Assembly: GCF_004104415.1 (NCBI RefSeq)
Contig: NZ_CP034669.1
From: Corallococcus coralloides
GTDB lineage: Bacteria; Myxococcota; Myxococcia; Myxococcales; Myxococcaceae
Reading direction: 5' to 3' (one strand)
Length of the DNA stretch: 64,000 nucleotides
The position numbers were made by a program, and so were the translations under genes. Positions 19,160 through 28,800 of this stretch are shown piece after piece. Each line of letters starts with the position of its first letter. Within the stretch, counting starts at the first letter, position 1. The notes under the pieces were generated by a model. It was given only the letters and a program-made list of their open reading frames with translations, ran no database searches and was not told where the DNA came from.

Positions 19160-19558
19160 ATGAAGCGAGGCCAATGGAGACGTTGCTGGGGGCTGGCTGC
19201 CGCGCTGCTCGGGCTTCCGGCGGCGGGGCAACTGGAAGGCCCTCCCGAGGGTTCGTCGCAATACTCCTGCTTCGAAGCGGCGCGCCAGGGCAGCTCGGTG
19301 AGCGAGAGCATCGCGGCGCAGCTCTGCCAGGGTGCCCGTTCCGACACCCCAGCGCGGTGCTTCCTCCGGGTCCAGGAGAAGGGCTTCCTCGCCGACCCGC
19401 AGGCGCTCCAGCTCTGCCAGTACGCCACGCCCTCGGATGATCCCGCGTCCTGCTTCCTCAAGGCGCGGAGCTCCTCGTTCCTGGACGAGACACAGCTCCT
19501 GGAGCTCTGCCGCCCACCCATCGCGCAGATGCTGAAGATGTGTCCCTACGGTCCGTGA
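19160..19558 (+). CDS. secreted protein with three Cys-containing repeats
   Basis: Signal peptide MKRGQWRRCWGLAAALLGLPAAG, then three repeats of the pattern CF-x7-13-(A/L)xxQLC-x6-10 (CFEAARQGSSVSESIAAQLCQG / CFLRVQEKGFLADPQALQLCQY / CFLKARSSSFLDETQLLELCRP). Confidence 0.6.
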   Translation: MKRGQWRRCWGLAAALLGLPAAGQLEGPPEGSSQYSCFEAARQGSSVSESIAAQLCQGARSDTPARCFLRVQEKGFLADPQALQLCQYATPSDDPASCFLKARSSSFLDETQLLELCRPPIAQMLKMCPYGP

Positions 19559-19559
19559 G

Positions 19560-22244
19560 TCACCGGGCGCGGAGGAACGCCTTGATGCTCGGGGACTGGA
19601 GCTTCTGGGACTCGATGCACAGCCGGATGCCCTCCAGGGCCCGGGTCAGCGCGCGCGGACCGCCTTCGACCTTGTCCACGCGGGGCGTGAGGAACGTCTC
19701 CACCTGCGCCAGGTGGATGTCATCGCAGAGGCTCCCCGTCTGGCCAATCAGCCGGCCCAGCTCATCCGAGCGCAGCCGCTGGGTCAGCGCATCGAAGTGC
19801 GTCTGGTAGAAGTTCCACGCCAGCGATTGCGACTCCGGCGACATCAACGCCATCCGGAGGATGCCCTGCGAGTCCCGCACGTCGAAGTCCGGCGAGACCA
19901 CGAGCCCCAGCGCCCGCCACAGCAGGTCCGGGTTGCGGAAGTAGGCCAGCGACGTCAGCAGCCGGGACCGCTCGGTGCGGTCCTGCTCCTTCTTCGCCGC
20001 CTCCAGCAGCGCGTCGAACAGCGCCGCATCGCCGTGCGTCGCGGCTCGGGGCAGCGCGGCACTGAATGCCTCTGGATCCACCGACTTCCGGTCCGCCAGC
20101 CAGGCGCGCACCAGGGGCAGCGACTCCTTCACCAGTTGCGGGTCATCCCCCAGGCCGCCGGCCAGCCGGAGGAACAGGGAGCGTGAGTCCTTCACGGAGT
20201 CGTCCTCACCCGGCTTCGGCACCCAGCCCATGGCCCGCGCGCGCGCCGAGTAGAGCGAGGCCACCCACGCGCGGAAGCGCTGGCGCTCCTCGGGCGTGAG
20301 CTGATCCAGGCGCACGAGTTCCAGCAGCGAGGCGGCGCTCTGCACCACGAGCCGGTTCGGCGACTTCGCGGAGGCAGGCACCGCCTTCAGCGCCTCCCCC
20401 AGCGGCAGGTCGCCCCGAGTCACCGCCGCATCCACATCCGCCCAGAGCGCCACCTGCTCCGCGGGAGTGAAGGCAGCGACCGGAGTCGCGAGCAGCTTCG
20501 TCAACTGCTCGCGGGTGTAACCGCCGCGGTAGTAACCCGTGCCGCCCGCGTTGAGCAGCACCCACGCCGGGCACTGCGTCGTGGGCAACGCGACCTCCGC
20601 GGACGGCCCTTGCAGCATCGAGCACACCCGCGACGACTGCGTGCCCGTGCCCACGCGAAGACACACGGGCACCAGCCATTCCTGCCGCGCGTCCGCCTTG
20701 GACCCCACGGGCAGGTAACGCTCCTGAGACAGCTTCACGGATGGAGCACCGCCCGCCGGGCACGACACCTGCGCGGTGATCCGCGGCGCCCCGGTCCGCT
20801 CGATGAATCCGCCGAAGGACTGCGCCACCTCCGGCCCCGCCGCCTGGGACAGGTCCGCGAGGAAGTCCTCCATCGTCGCGACCTTCCACTCGTGCTTGCG
20901 GACATAGCCCCGGAGGAAGTCGCGGAAGCGCTCCGGCCCGAGCCAGGCCTCGTACATGGCGATGACGGACGAACCCTTGTCATACGTCGTCCCGTTGTCG
21001 AACGAGCCGACGATGTCGTCATTGCTCTCCACCGGTTTGCGCACGGGCAGCGCCGACGCCAGCTCATCCGACGCCAGCGCGGAGCGGGTCGCGGACATGG
21101 CGCGCTCCTGCTGGTAATCCCAGGACGGCTCCAGCCGGTCCACGGTCTGCCGGTCCAGCCACGCGGTGAAGGACTCGTTCAGCCAGATGTCGTTCCACCA
21201 GGAGCAGGTGACGACGTCACCGAACCAGTAGTGGCCCAGCTCATGGTTGGCGATGACCGCATACGACTTGCGGCGGGCCAGCGTCTCCTCACCGGGCGGG
21301 ATGAGCGTGAGCGGCTGCCCGAGCGCGACGAGGCCCGGGTGCTCCATGGTGCCCCAGTACCGGGGCACGACCGCGACATCGAGCTTCTCGTACGGATACG
21401 GCTGGTCGAAGAAGTCCTCCAGGCCCTTCACGATGCGAGGCGTGATGCTCGCGGCGTAGCGCGTCTCCGCGCCCCGGCCCTTGGGGACGACGAAGCGCAG
21501 CGGCACGTTCGTGCGGCCCACGGTGCCGGCCTCCACCACGTCGAACGGCCCCACCATGAAGGCCACGAGGTAGCTGGGCATCGGCTTGCTCTCCGCGAAG
21601 GTGACGCGCTCCAAGCCGTCCGGCAGGGGCTCGCGCGACACGACGGGATGGTTGGCCAGCGCCACGTGCCCGGCCTTCACGGTGAAGCGCAGGCGCCACG
21701 GCACCTTGAAGGTCGGCTCGTCGAAGCACGGGAAGGCGCGGCGCGCGTCGATGGGCTCGAAGAACGTGTAGAGGTAGGGCTCACCGCCCTCGTCCACCCC
21801 ATAGAGGCCCTGGCTGCGCTCGCGGTCCACCTTGCCGGTGAAGTCGAGCAGGAGCTGGGCCTTGCCCACCGGCAGCTCCTCCGGCAGGAGCAATCCCAGA
21901 CGTCCTTCAGGCGCGGTGACAGGCTTCGCGTCGAACGTGCGGCCCGCCACGGTGACGCGAGCCCGCGTCACGTCCAGGTCCTGAGCATGCAGCCACACCT
22001 GGCGCACGGGCTCGCGGACCTCCACGTCGATGGTGACGCTGCCCGGATACGTGTCCTCCGAGGGCACGAGCTTCAGGTCCAACGCGTAGTGCACGGGCCG
22101 CACGGTGTCCGGCAGCCGCAGCGCGGGAGGCAGGGCCTCCGGCCACGAAACAGCGGGCGGCGCGGAAGCAGCAGGCGCGGCCTCTGGCGCGTGGGCACAG
22201 CGGACGGTCAACACCACCAGGGCGAGGAGTGGGAGCAGTCGCAT
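19560..22244 (-). CDS. pepN: aminopeptidase N (M1-family zinc metallopeptidase), secreted
   Basis: HELGHYWFGD-x18-E (HExxH+E), an upstream GAMEH-type exopeptidase motif, and a signal peptide MRLLPLLALVVLTVRCAHA when started at Met codon 28 of the track ORF (the track start is TTG at 22328). Confidence 0.9.
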   Translation of the reverse strand: MRLLPLLALVVLTVRCAHAPEAAPAASAPPAVSWPEALPPALRLPDTVRPVHYALDLKLVPSEDTYPGSVTIDVEVREPVRQVWLHAQDLDVTRARVTVAGRTFDAKPVTAPEGRLGLLLPEELPVGKAQLLLDFTGKVDRERSQGLYGVDEGGEPYLYTFFEPIDARRAFPCFDEPTFKVPWRLRFTVKAGHVALANHPVVSREPLPDGLERVTFAESKPMPSYLVAFMVGPFDVVEAGTVGRTNVPLRFVVPKGRGAETRYAASITPRIVKGLEDFFDQPYPYEKLDVAVVPRYWGTMEHPGLVALGQPLTLIPPGEETLARRKSYAVIANHELGHYWFGDVVTCSWWNDIWLNESFTAWLDRQTVDRLEPSWDYQQERAMSATRSALASDELASALPVRKPVESNDDIVGSFDNGTTYDKGSSVIAMYEAWLGPERFRDFLRGYVRKHEWKVATMEDFLADLSQAAGPEVAQSFGGFIERTGAPRITAQVSCPAGGAPSVKLSQERYLPVGSKADARQEWLVPVCLRVGTGTQSSRVCSMLQGPSAEVALPTTQCPAWVLLNAGGTGYYRGGYTREQLTKLLATPVAAFTPAEQVALWADVDAAVTRGDLPLGEALKAVPASAKSPNRLVVQSAASLLELVRLDQLTPEERQRFRAWVASLYSARARAMGWVPKPGEDDSVKDSRSLFLRLAGGLGDDPQLVKESLPLVRAWLADRKSVDPEAFSAALPRAATHGDAALFDALLEAAKKEQDRTERSRLLTSLAYFRNPDLLWRALGLVVSPDFDVRDSQGILRMALMSPESQSLAWNFYQTHFDALTQRLRSDELGRLIGQTGSLCDDIHLAQVETFLTPRVDKVEGGPRALTRALEGIRLCIESQKLQSPSIKAFLRAR

Positions 22245-22380
22245 GGGGGCGCAGCGTAGACCATGCGCAAGTCGCGCACGGTGCCTACGGCTCGACCCGC
22301 ACCCACAGCAGTCTCGAGATGTCTCCAAGTCCGTGAATCAGTGCTTTCAACCCAGCGAGCCGCTACGGTCCGGATCCCCC

Positions 22381-22632
22381 CGCTTCAGCGACAAGCCGAG
22401 GAAAAACAGGTTTCGTCGCAGCAGCGATCTCCCATCCCTCTTCGTGTCCCTGCTTTTCGTCGTGGGCTTCGCGTCGTCGGCCAGCGCTGACACCTACCAG
22501 ACCTACGTGGTGCCCACGGTCAATGGCTTTCAGATTGGAACCCTCCTTCCCAACCAGGCCACCGTCGTGGGCACGAACGGCGTGGGCAACTGGAACACCA
22601 CCGGCAACGCCAACACCTGCATCACCTGGTAG
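22381..22632 (+). CDS. candidate small secreted Gly/Asn/Thr-rich peptide (start codon unresolved)
   Basis: In frame 1, after the pepN start region: KNRFRRSSDLPSLFVSLLFVVGFASSASA|DTYQTYVVPTVNGFQIGTLLPNQATVVGTNGVGNWNTTGNANTCITW*. This is a signal-peptide-like segment with an AxA site and a ~50 aa polar peptide, but no ATG/GTG/TTG is suitably placed. Confidence 0.25.
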   Translation, partial: RFSDKPRKNRFRRSSDLPSLFVSLLFVVGFASSASADTYQTYVVPTVNGFQIGTLLPNQATVVGTNGVGNWNTTGNANTCITW

Positions 22633-22794
22633 CCCCCAGCATGGACGAGGGGAGCCCCCGCGGCCCCCCTCCGCGGGGGTATTCACAGACCCTGATTGGG
22701 TTTGGACAGACACCTCAAAATCCCACAACATGTCTGTCTTCATGTTTTCAACCTGATAGATCGCCCTTTCCTCTCGCTGCGCCAGGAAGGTGCG

Positions 22795-25140
22795 ATGCGT
22801 CGACAAGGCACACTGTCTCGGGTTTTGTTTTGCGCTTTAATCAGTGCTGTCATTTCTGTCACGGCTTGTGACAATGGCAACGAACCGGAGCGGGAGACCG
22901 GCAACGTCCGGTTCGTCAGCGCGGTTCCCCAGGCGCTCGCGGGCGATGAGATCACCCGCGTGACCGTCACGCTGACGGCGTCCGGCGTGCCCTCCGCCAC
23001 CACCGTGCTCACCAAGGGCACGGAGGGCTGGAGCGGCACCATGTACCAGGTGCCCGCTGGCACCCAGCGCACCTTCACCGCGGAGGCCTTCGCCGCGGAC
23101 GGCGCCCTGCGCTACCGGGGCGTGGCCTCGGATGTCACCATCACCGCGGGCGCCACCTCCATCGTGGCCATCACCCTCCAGGCGCTGGATGTCCCGGGCC
23201 CGTTCGACAACTCGGCCCCGTGCATCGACTCGCTCGTGGCGTCCGCGAGCGCCGTCCTCCCCGGGGGCACCCTCTCCCTCCAGGCCACCGCGCATGATCC
23301 GGACGCGTCCGACTCCCTCACGTACGCCTGGACGGCGGCGGAGGGCACCTTCGGTTCGCCCACGCTCACGTCGACGACCTGGACGGCCCCCGCGACCCCG
23401 GGCGTGTACGCGCTGACGCTGACCGTCACCGACTCGCGCGGCGCCACGGCGACCATCCGCATCGACATCACGGTCATCTCCAAGGACGGCGGCACCACGG
23501 CCGGCACCGCGGAAGTGTCCGTCACGTTCAACATCTCCCCCGCCGTCACCCGCGTCACCGCGTCCCGGTCCCCCGTACCCGTGGGCCAGAGCACCACCGT
23601 CACCGCGGACGTGACGGATCCGGACGGCGACGCGCTGACCTACCAGTGGGCCGCGTCCTGCGCGGGCACCTGGGCGGATGCCACCTCCAACATCGCCTCC
23701 TTCACCCCGACCGCCGTGCCCGCTGGCGACGCGTGCGGCAACTGCGCGCTCACCGTCACCGTGAAGGACCCCAAGGGCGGACAGACGCAGGGCACGCTGC
23801 GCATCTGCGTGGGCGACGGCGCGAGCGCCAACGTCCCCCCGCGCATCGTCCTCGCGCACCAGAGCAGCGCGTCCGTGGTGGGCGACAACACCGTGACGTT
23901 CCGCGTCCTCGCGGAGGACGGCAACGGTGGCGCCCTCACCTTCAACTGGGCCTCGAGCACCGGCACGCTGGCGACGCCCGTGTCCGGGTTCACCTCCAGC
24001 GAGGTCTCCTGGAAGGCCCCCACCTGCGCGCCCACGGGCGGGAACGCGACCGTCACCGCCACCGTCACCAACGCCCAGGGCTTCTCCGCGTCCCAGGCCT
24101 TCACCGTGGCGGTGCAGAACGCCCCGGCGTGCACGCCGCCCACGACGGTCGCCCGGTGGGACTTGACGGCCAGCCTGACGCAGCGCCGCTTCGGCGCGAG
24201 CGTCATCCCCCTGGCCTCCGGGAAGATCCTCGTCTTCGGCGGGTCGGTGACCTCCAATCCCATCCTGGGCACCGCGGAGCTCTACGACCCCGCGACGGCG
24301 ACCTGGTCCGCGGCCGGAACCCTGGGCACCTCGCGCTACAACCCCGCGAGGACGCTGCTCCCCTCCGGCAAGGTCATGGTCACAGGCGGCTTCGCGTCGT
24401 ACCCGGCCACCACCCCGCTGCGCGCCGTGGAGTTCTACGACCCCGCGACCAACACCTGGACGGCTGGCCCGCAGATGGCCTTCGCGCGCGGCGCCCACAC
24501 CTCGACGCTGCTGCCCAACGGCAAGGTCCTGGTCATCGGCGGCGTCACCACGGGCGACAGCGTCAGCAACCGCTCCATCGAGCTCTACGACCCCGCCACG
24601 AACAACTGGGTGCCGGTGGCGAGCCCGACCTACGCCCGGTCCAACCACCGTGCCGTGCTGCTGCCGTCGGGCAAGGTGCTCACCGTGGGTGGCAACCTGC
24701 CGTCGGAGCTCTACGATCCATCCAACAACACCTGGAGCACCGCCACCGGCCTGACGACGCGGACGTTCACCGACGCCTTCCTCCAGCCGTCTGGCAAGCT
24801 GGTGCTGGTGGACGGGACGCTGGTCGCGACGTACGACCCGGTGCTCAACGTCCAGGCCACGCTGGGCCACTTCACCTACGAGCGCTCCAACTCCTCCCTG
24901 GTCCAGCTGAACTCCGGGAAGCTGCTGCTCGCGGGTGGCAACTCCACGGTGGGCCTGACGACGGAGGTGTTCGACCTGGCGACCGGCACGTCCGCGTTCT
25001 CCACCAGCATGGCGTCCAACCGCGACCTCATGACCACCACCGTGCTTCCCAGCGGCAAGGTGCTCTTCATCGGCGGCTATGACCGGGACGACGGAGCGAC
25101 CGTCAGCGCCGTGCTCGTCTACACGCCCGCGAGCCCCTGA
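22795..25140 (+). CDS. Kelch-repeat lipoprotein with N-terminal Ig-like/PKD-like domains
   Basis: Lipoprotein signal MRRQGTLSRVLFCALISAVISVTAC, a Thr/Ser/Ala-rich beta-sandwich repeat region, and at least six C-terminal Kelch-type blades (GGxxxxxxLxxAELYDPATxTW motifs). Confidence 0.88.
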   Translation: MRRQGTLSRVLFCALISAVISVTACDNGNEPERETGNVRFVSAVPQALAGDEITRVTVTLTASGVPSATTVLTKGTEGWSGTMYQVPAGTQRTFTAEAFAADGALRYRGVASDVTITAGATSIVAITLQALDVPGPFDNSAPCIDSLVASASAVLPGGTLSLQATAHDPDASDSLTYAWTAAEGTFGSPTLTSTTWTAPATPGVYALTLTVTDSRGATATIRIDITVISKDGGTTAGTAEVSVTFNISPAVTRVTASRSPVPVGQSTTVTADVTDPDGDALTYQWAASCAGTWADATSNIASFTPTAVPAGDACGNCALTVTVKDPKGGQTQGTLRICVGDGASANVPPRIVLAHQSSASVVGDNTVTFRVLAEDGNGGALTFNWASSTGTLATPVSGFTSSEVSWKAPTCAPTGGNATVTATVTNAQGFSASQAFTVAVQNAPACTPPTTVARWDLTASLTQRRFGASVIPLASGKILVFGGSVTSNPILGTAELYDPATATWSAAGTLGTSRYNPARTLLPSGKVMVTGGFASYPATTPLRAVEFYDPATNTWTAGPQMAFARGAHTSTLLPNGKVLVIGGVTTGDSVSNRSIELYDPATNNWVPVASPTYARSNHRAVLLPSGKVLTVGGNLPSELYDPSNNTWSTATGLTTRTFTDAFLQPSGKLVLVDGTLVATYDPVLNVQATLGHFTYERSNSSLVQLNSGKLLLAGGNSTVGLTTEVFDLATGTSAFSTSMASNRDLMTTTVLPSGKVLFIGGYDRDDGATVSAVLVYTPASP

Positions 25141-25174
25141 AGTCCACCTGAAACTCCGCTGAAGCACTGTCGAC

Positions 25175-25206
25175 GAGCGGCCGGTCCCACCCGGGTCCGG
25201 CCGCTC
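25175..25206 (+). terminator. GC-rich hairpin downstream of the Kelch lipoprotein gene (weak terminator candidate)
   Basis: GAGCGGCCGG-x12-CCGGCCGCTC is a 10-bp stem, with no T tract. Confidence 0.3.
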
Positions 25207-25247
25207 CGGGCATTGCGGCGCCGCGCGATTGAGCGAGGATGCGGCCC

Positions 25248-26069
25248 ATGTCCAACCTCCAAGGCAAGACCCTCTTCATCACCGGCGCCAGCCGCGGCAT
25301 CGGCAAGGCCATCGCGCTGCGCGCGGCCCGCGACGGCGCCAACATCGTCATCGCGGCGAAGACCACGGACCCGCACCCCAAGCTGCCCGGCACCATCTAC
25401 TCGGCGGCGAAGGAGATTGAAGAGGCCGGCGGCAAGGCGCTCCCCTGCGTGGTGGACATCCGCGACGAGGCGCAGATCCACGCCGCCGTCGCCAAGGCCG
25501 TGGAGACCTTCGGCGGCATCGACATCCTGGTGAACAACGCCAGCGCCATCAGCCTCACCGGCACGCTGGACACGCCGCTCAAGCGCTTCGACCTGATGCA
25601 CGGCATCAACACGCGCGGCACCTTCGCGTGCTCCCAGGCGTGCATCCCGTACCTCAAGAAGTCCTCCAACCCGCACATCCTCAACAACTCGCCGCCGCTC
25701 AACATGGAGCCGCGCTGGTTCGGCCCCCACGTGGCCTACACCATCGCGAAGTACGGCATGAGCCTGTGCGCGCTGGGCATGGCGGAGGAGCTCAAGGACG
25801 ACGGCATCGCCGTCAACACGCTGTGGCCCCGCACCGTCATCGCCACCGCCGCCGTGCAGAACCTGCTGGGCGGTGACGACACCATCAAGGGCAGCCGCAA
25901 GCCGGAGATCATGGCGGACGCCGCCTACGCCATCCTCACCAGGCCCAGCCGCTCCTTCACCGGCAACTTCTGCATCGACGATGAGGTGCTGCGCGCCGCC
26001 GGCATCACCGACCTGGACAAGTACCAGTCCGTCCCCGGCGCGGAGCTCCTGCCCGACTTCTTCCTCTAA
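25248..26069 (+). CDS. SDR-family oxidoreductase
   Basis: TGASRGIGKAIA (TGxxxGxG), NNAS, a YxxxK-like region and overall SDR length. Confidence 0.92.
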   Translation: MSNLQGKTLFITGASRGIGKAIALRAARDGANIVIAAKTTDPHPKLPGTIYSAAKEIEEAGGKALPCVVDIRDEAQIHAAVAKAVETFGGIDILVNNASAISLTGTLDTPLKRFDLMHGINTRGTFACSQACIPYLKKSSNPHILNNSPPLNMEPRWFGPHVAYTIAKYGMSLCALGMAEELKDDGIAVNTLWPRTVIATAAVQNLLGGDDTIKGSRKPEIMADAAYAILTRPSRSFTGNFCIDDEVLRAAGITDLDKYQSVPGAELLPDFFL

Positions 26070-26085
26070 GCGCGCCTCAGGCCCC

Positions 26086-27006
26086 ATGCCCCCGCGCAAG
26101 CTCCAGCGACACCTGGTCTGGCTCGAGTCCTTCACCGCCGCCGTGGAGGCCGGCAGCATCGACGCCGCGGCGGAGCACCTGGGCGTCGCCCGCTCCGTCG
26201 TGAGCGAGCACATCCGCGCCCTGGAGGAGGCGCTCGCGGACGGCGCCGCCCTGCTGGAGCGGGGGCCGGGCCGGCGCCTGCAACTGTCCGCGCGCGGAGA
26301 GCGCCTCTACGCGGGCACCCAGACGCCGCTGCACCAGCTGGACGTGAAGCGGCTGATGGACCTGGCCCGCGTGGAGCCCACCCTGCGCCTGGGCCTCAAC
26401 CCCACGCTGTCCATGTCGCTGTTGGGCGGCATCGCGCAGGACGCCGCCGCCACCGGCCTCAAGCTGGTGGTGGGCTTCGGCGGCTCGCACGAGCTCATGC
26501 GGCAGGTGCAGACGCGGCAGCAGGACCTGGTGCTCGACTTCACCCCCCTGCCCCCGCACGAGGGCGTGGACACCGAGTCCCTGCTGCGCATGTCCTTCGT
26601 CGTCATCGCGGGTCCCGACTCCGCGCTCGCCCGGGCGCACCCCTCCCGCCGCTCGCTGGACGTGAAGGACCTCCAGGGCCAGCGCTTCGTGGACTGGCTG
26701 CGGGACGACCCCTACGGCGGCGCCAACAGCGCGCGCTTCGCCGCGCACGGCGTGTCCGTCACCGAGGTCGGCCGCGTGGAGAGCTTCCTCCACCTCTACG
26801 AGCTGCTGCGCGCCTACAAGGCCTGCACCATCGCCCCCGACGTGCGCCCCACCCAGCCGTTCCCCCCCGACCTCCACGTCTGGCCCCTGCGCGAACAGGA
26901 GCCCCAGGTCGTGGAGGTGGTGGCCCTGTGGCCCTCCGGCGGCCTCAGCCCCGCGGTCCAGGCCATCCTTGACGGGGTGCGTCGCCGCCTGAACAAACGG
27001 CGATAA
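26086..27006 (+). CDS. LysR-family transcriptional regulator
   Basis: N-terminal HTH LQRHLVWLESFTAAVEAGSIDAAAEHLGVARSVVSEHIRALE and a LysR substrate-binding-like remainder. ATG at 26086 lies in the frame of track ORF 25873. Confidence 0.9.
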   Translation: MPPRKLQRHLVWLESFTAAVEAGSIDAAAEHLGVARSVVSEHIRALEEALADGAALLERGPGRRLQLSARGERLYAGTQTPLHQLDVKRLMDLARVEPTLRLGLNPTLSMSLLGGIAQDAAATGLKLVVGFGGSHELMRQVQTRQQDLVLDFTPLPPHEGVDTESLLRMSFVVIAGPDSALARAHPSRRSLDVKDLQGQRFVDWLRDDPYGGANSARFAAHGVSVTEVGRVESFLHLYELLRAYKACTIAPDVRPTQPFPPDLHVWPLREQEPQVVEVVALWPSGGLSPAVQAILDGVRRRLNKRR

Positions 27007-27099
27007 TCCGACGAAGACGTCGAATTCTGCCGGATTTCCGTCTTGCGGTGCGGTGCGTATTCTTCAGGAGTCCTGTTTCTCTTGAAGGAGCCGCCCGCG

Positions 27100-28695
27100 A
27101 TGACGCCCACGGAACGGACCATTGCCCGCCTTCCCGCCCACCTGCGCCGCTACGTGGTGAGCCAGGACTACGCGGCGTACACGCCCCGGGATCAGGCGGT
27201 GTGGCGGCACATCCTGGGGCAGCTGCGCGAGCACCTGAGCGACAAGGCGCACCCCGTCTACCTGGAGGGCCTGGAGGCCACGGGCATTGGCGCGGAGGCC
27301 ATCCCCAGCCTGGACGAGATGAACGAGAAGCTGTCCAAGCTGGGCTGGGCCTGCGTGGCGGTGCGCGGCTTCATCCCGCCGGCCGTCTTCACGGAGCTGC
27401 AGGCGCTGGGCGTGCTGGCCATCGCGGCGGACATCCGCACGCACGAGCACATCCAGTACACGCCCGCGCCGGACATCGTCCATGAGAGCGCGGGCCACGC
27501 GCCCATCATCGCCAACGCGCGGTATGCCCAATACCTCAAGGCCGTGGGGCTGGTGGGCTTCAAGGCCATCGCCAGCGTGGAGGACCAGGCCGTCTTCGAG
27601 GCCATCCGCAACCTCTCCGTGGTGAAGGAGGACCCCACCGCGACGGAAGAAGAGATCGCCCACGCCCAGGCCCGCCTGGAGGCCGCCAACGCCAGCCACC
27701 GCTACATCAGCGAGAGCACCCGCGCGAGCCGCCTGTACTGGTGGACCGCGGAGTACGGGCTGATTGGCGACCTGAAGCACCCGCGCATCTACGGCGCGGG
27801 CCTGCTGTCCAGCATCGGCGAGGCCCGGCACTGCCTGACGTCCGCCGTGCACAAGCTGCCCCTGGGCGTGGCGTGCGCGGACACGGACTACGACATCACC
27901 CGCATGCAGCCGCAGCTCTTCGTGGCGCGCGACTTCGAGCACCTCTTCGAAGTCCTGGCGGAGTTCGAGTCCACGCTCGCGTGGAAGCGCGGCGGGGACC
28001 ACGGCCTGAACGAGGCGCTGCGCGCGCGCACGGTGAACCACCTGGTGCTCGCGGACGGCCGCGAGGTGACGGGCAAGGTCGTGGAGCTGCTGCCCGCGGC
28101 GAAGGACGTGGCCCCGGGCCTGTCCACCGCGCTGGCCCGGCTGGAGGGCCCCATCCTCACGTCCGTGAACGGGCACGCCGTGGACAAGCCGTTCAGCGGC
28201 GCGGCGCTGGTCGCCTTTGGCCAGGGCACCCTGCCGGAGCGCGGGAGCTTCCAGCTCACGCTCGACAGCGGGCTGGTGCTGGAGGGCTTCGCGGTGGGCG
28301 GCGGCGAGGTGATTGCCCTGCGCGGCACGCTGGCCGGCCAGGAGCTGACGCTGCCGTCCATGGCGCGCCTGTACCTGACGGAGCGGCTGCCGTCCGTGGC
28401 GGGCGGCCCCGCCGACCCGGGCACGTGGGACGAGTGGTTCGGGGAGCTGGACGCCTTCACCGCGGGCGACGGCGAGGCCCAGGCGCGCGAGCGCAAGGCG
28501 CAGGCCCTGCCCCCGTCGCTGGCCGCCCTCTACACGGAGGTGCGCCGCATCCGCGAGGCGGGGCAGCTGGCCCCCGAGCGGCTGGAGCAGATCGCCCGGG
28601 CGAGCACGGACTTCCCTTCCGACTGGCTCCTGCGCGCCGAGGTCGCGGAGCTGCGCGGCGAGGTGCCCGCTCGGCGCGAGGCGGCGCACGCGTAG
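27100..28695 (+). CDS. phhA: phenylalanine-4-hydroxylase (biopterin-dependent aromatic amino acid hydroxylase) with ~250 aa C-terminal extension
   Basis: Aligns block-for-block with bacterial PhhA: YLEGLEATG..MNEKLSKLGWACVAVRGFIP, iron-binding PDIVHESAGHAPII and RLYWWTAEYGLIGD...RIYGAGLLSS. It has a GAAGGAG RBS. Total length is 531 aa versus ~270-300 for a typical bacterial enzyme. Confidence 0.85.
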   Translation: MTPTERTIARLPAHLRRYVVSQDYAAYTPRDQAVWRHILGQLREHLSDKAHPVYLEGLEATGIGAEAIPSLDEMNEKLSKLGWACVAVRGFIPPAVFTELQALGVLAIAADIRTHEHIQYTPAPDIVHESAGHAPIIANARYAQYLKAVGLVGFKAIASVEDQAVFEAIRNLSVVKEDPTATEEEIAHAQARLEAANASHRYISESTRASRLYWWTAEYGLIGDLKHPRIYGAGLLSSIGEARHCLTSAVHKLPLGVACADTDYDITRMQPQLFVARDFEHLFEVLAEFESTLAWKRGGDHGLNEALRARTVNHLVLADGREVTGKVVELLPAAKDVAPGLSTALARLEGPILTSVNGHAVDKPFSGAALVAFGQGTLPERGSFQLTLDSGLVLEGFAVGGGEVIALRGTLAGQELTLPSMARLYLTERLPSVAGGPADPGTWDEWFGELDAFTAGDGEAQARERKAQALPPSLAALYTEVRRIREAGQLAPERLEQIARASTDFPSDWLLRAEVAELRGEVPARREAAHA

Positions 28696-28800
28696 GGCTG
28701 TCGCTTCGAAGCACGGACGGCGGATGCGAAACGGCCCGGTCGACCTCCTCACGAGGCCGCCGGGCCGAAGCACTTCCAGGGGGCTGCTTTGCGCCAGGGA

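Noticed and set aside
28696-28800. Hairpin-like sequence (CGGCCCGG...CCGGGCCG) between convergent phhA and the LysM gene as a terminator.
   Set aside because: The stem is only 8 bp with a ~20-nt loop and no T tract, which is too weak to call.
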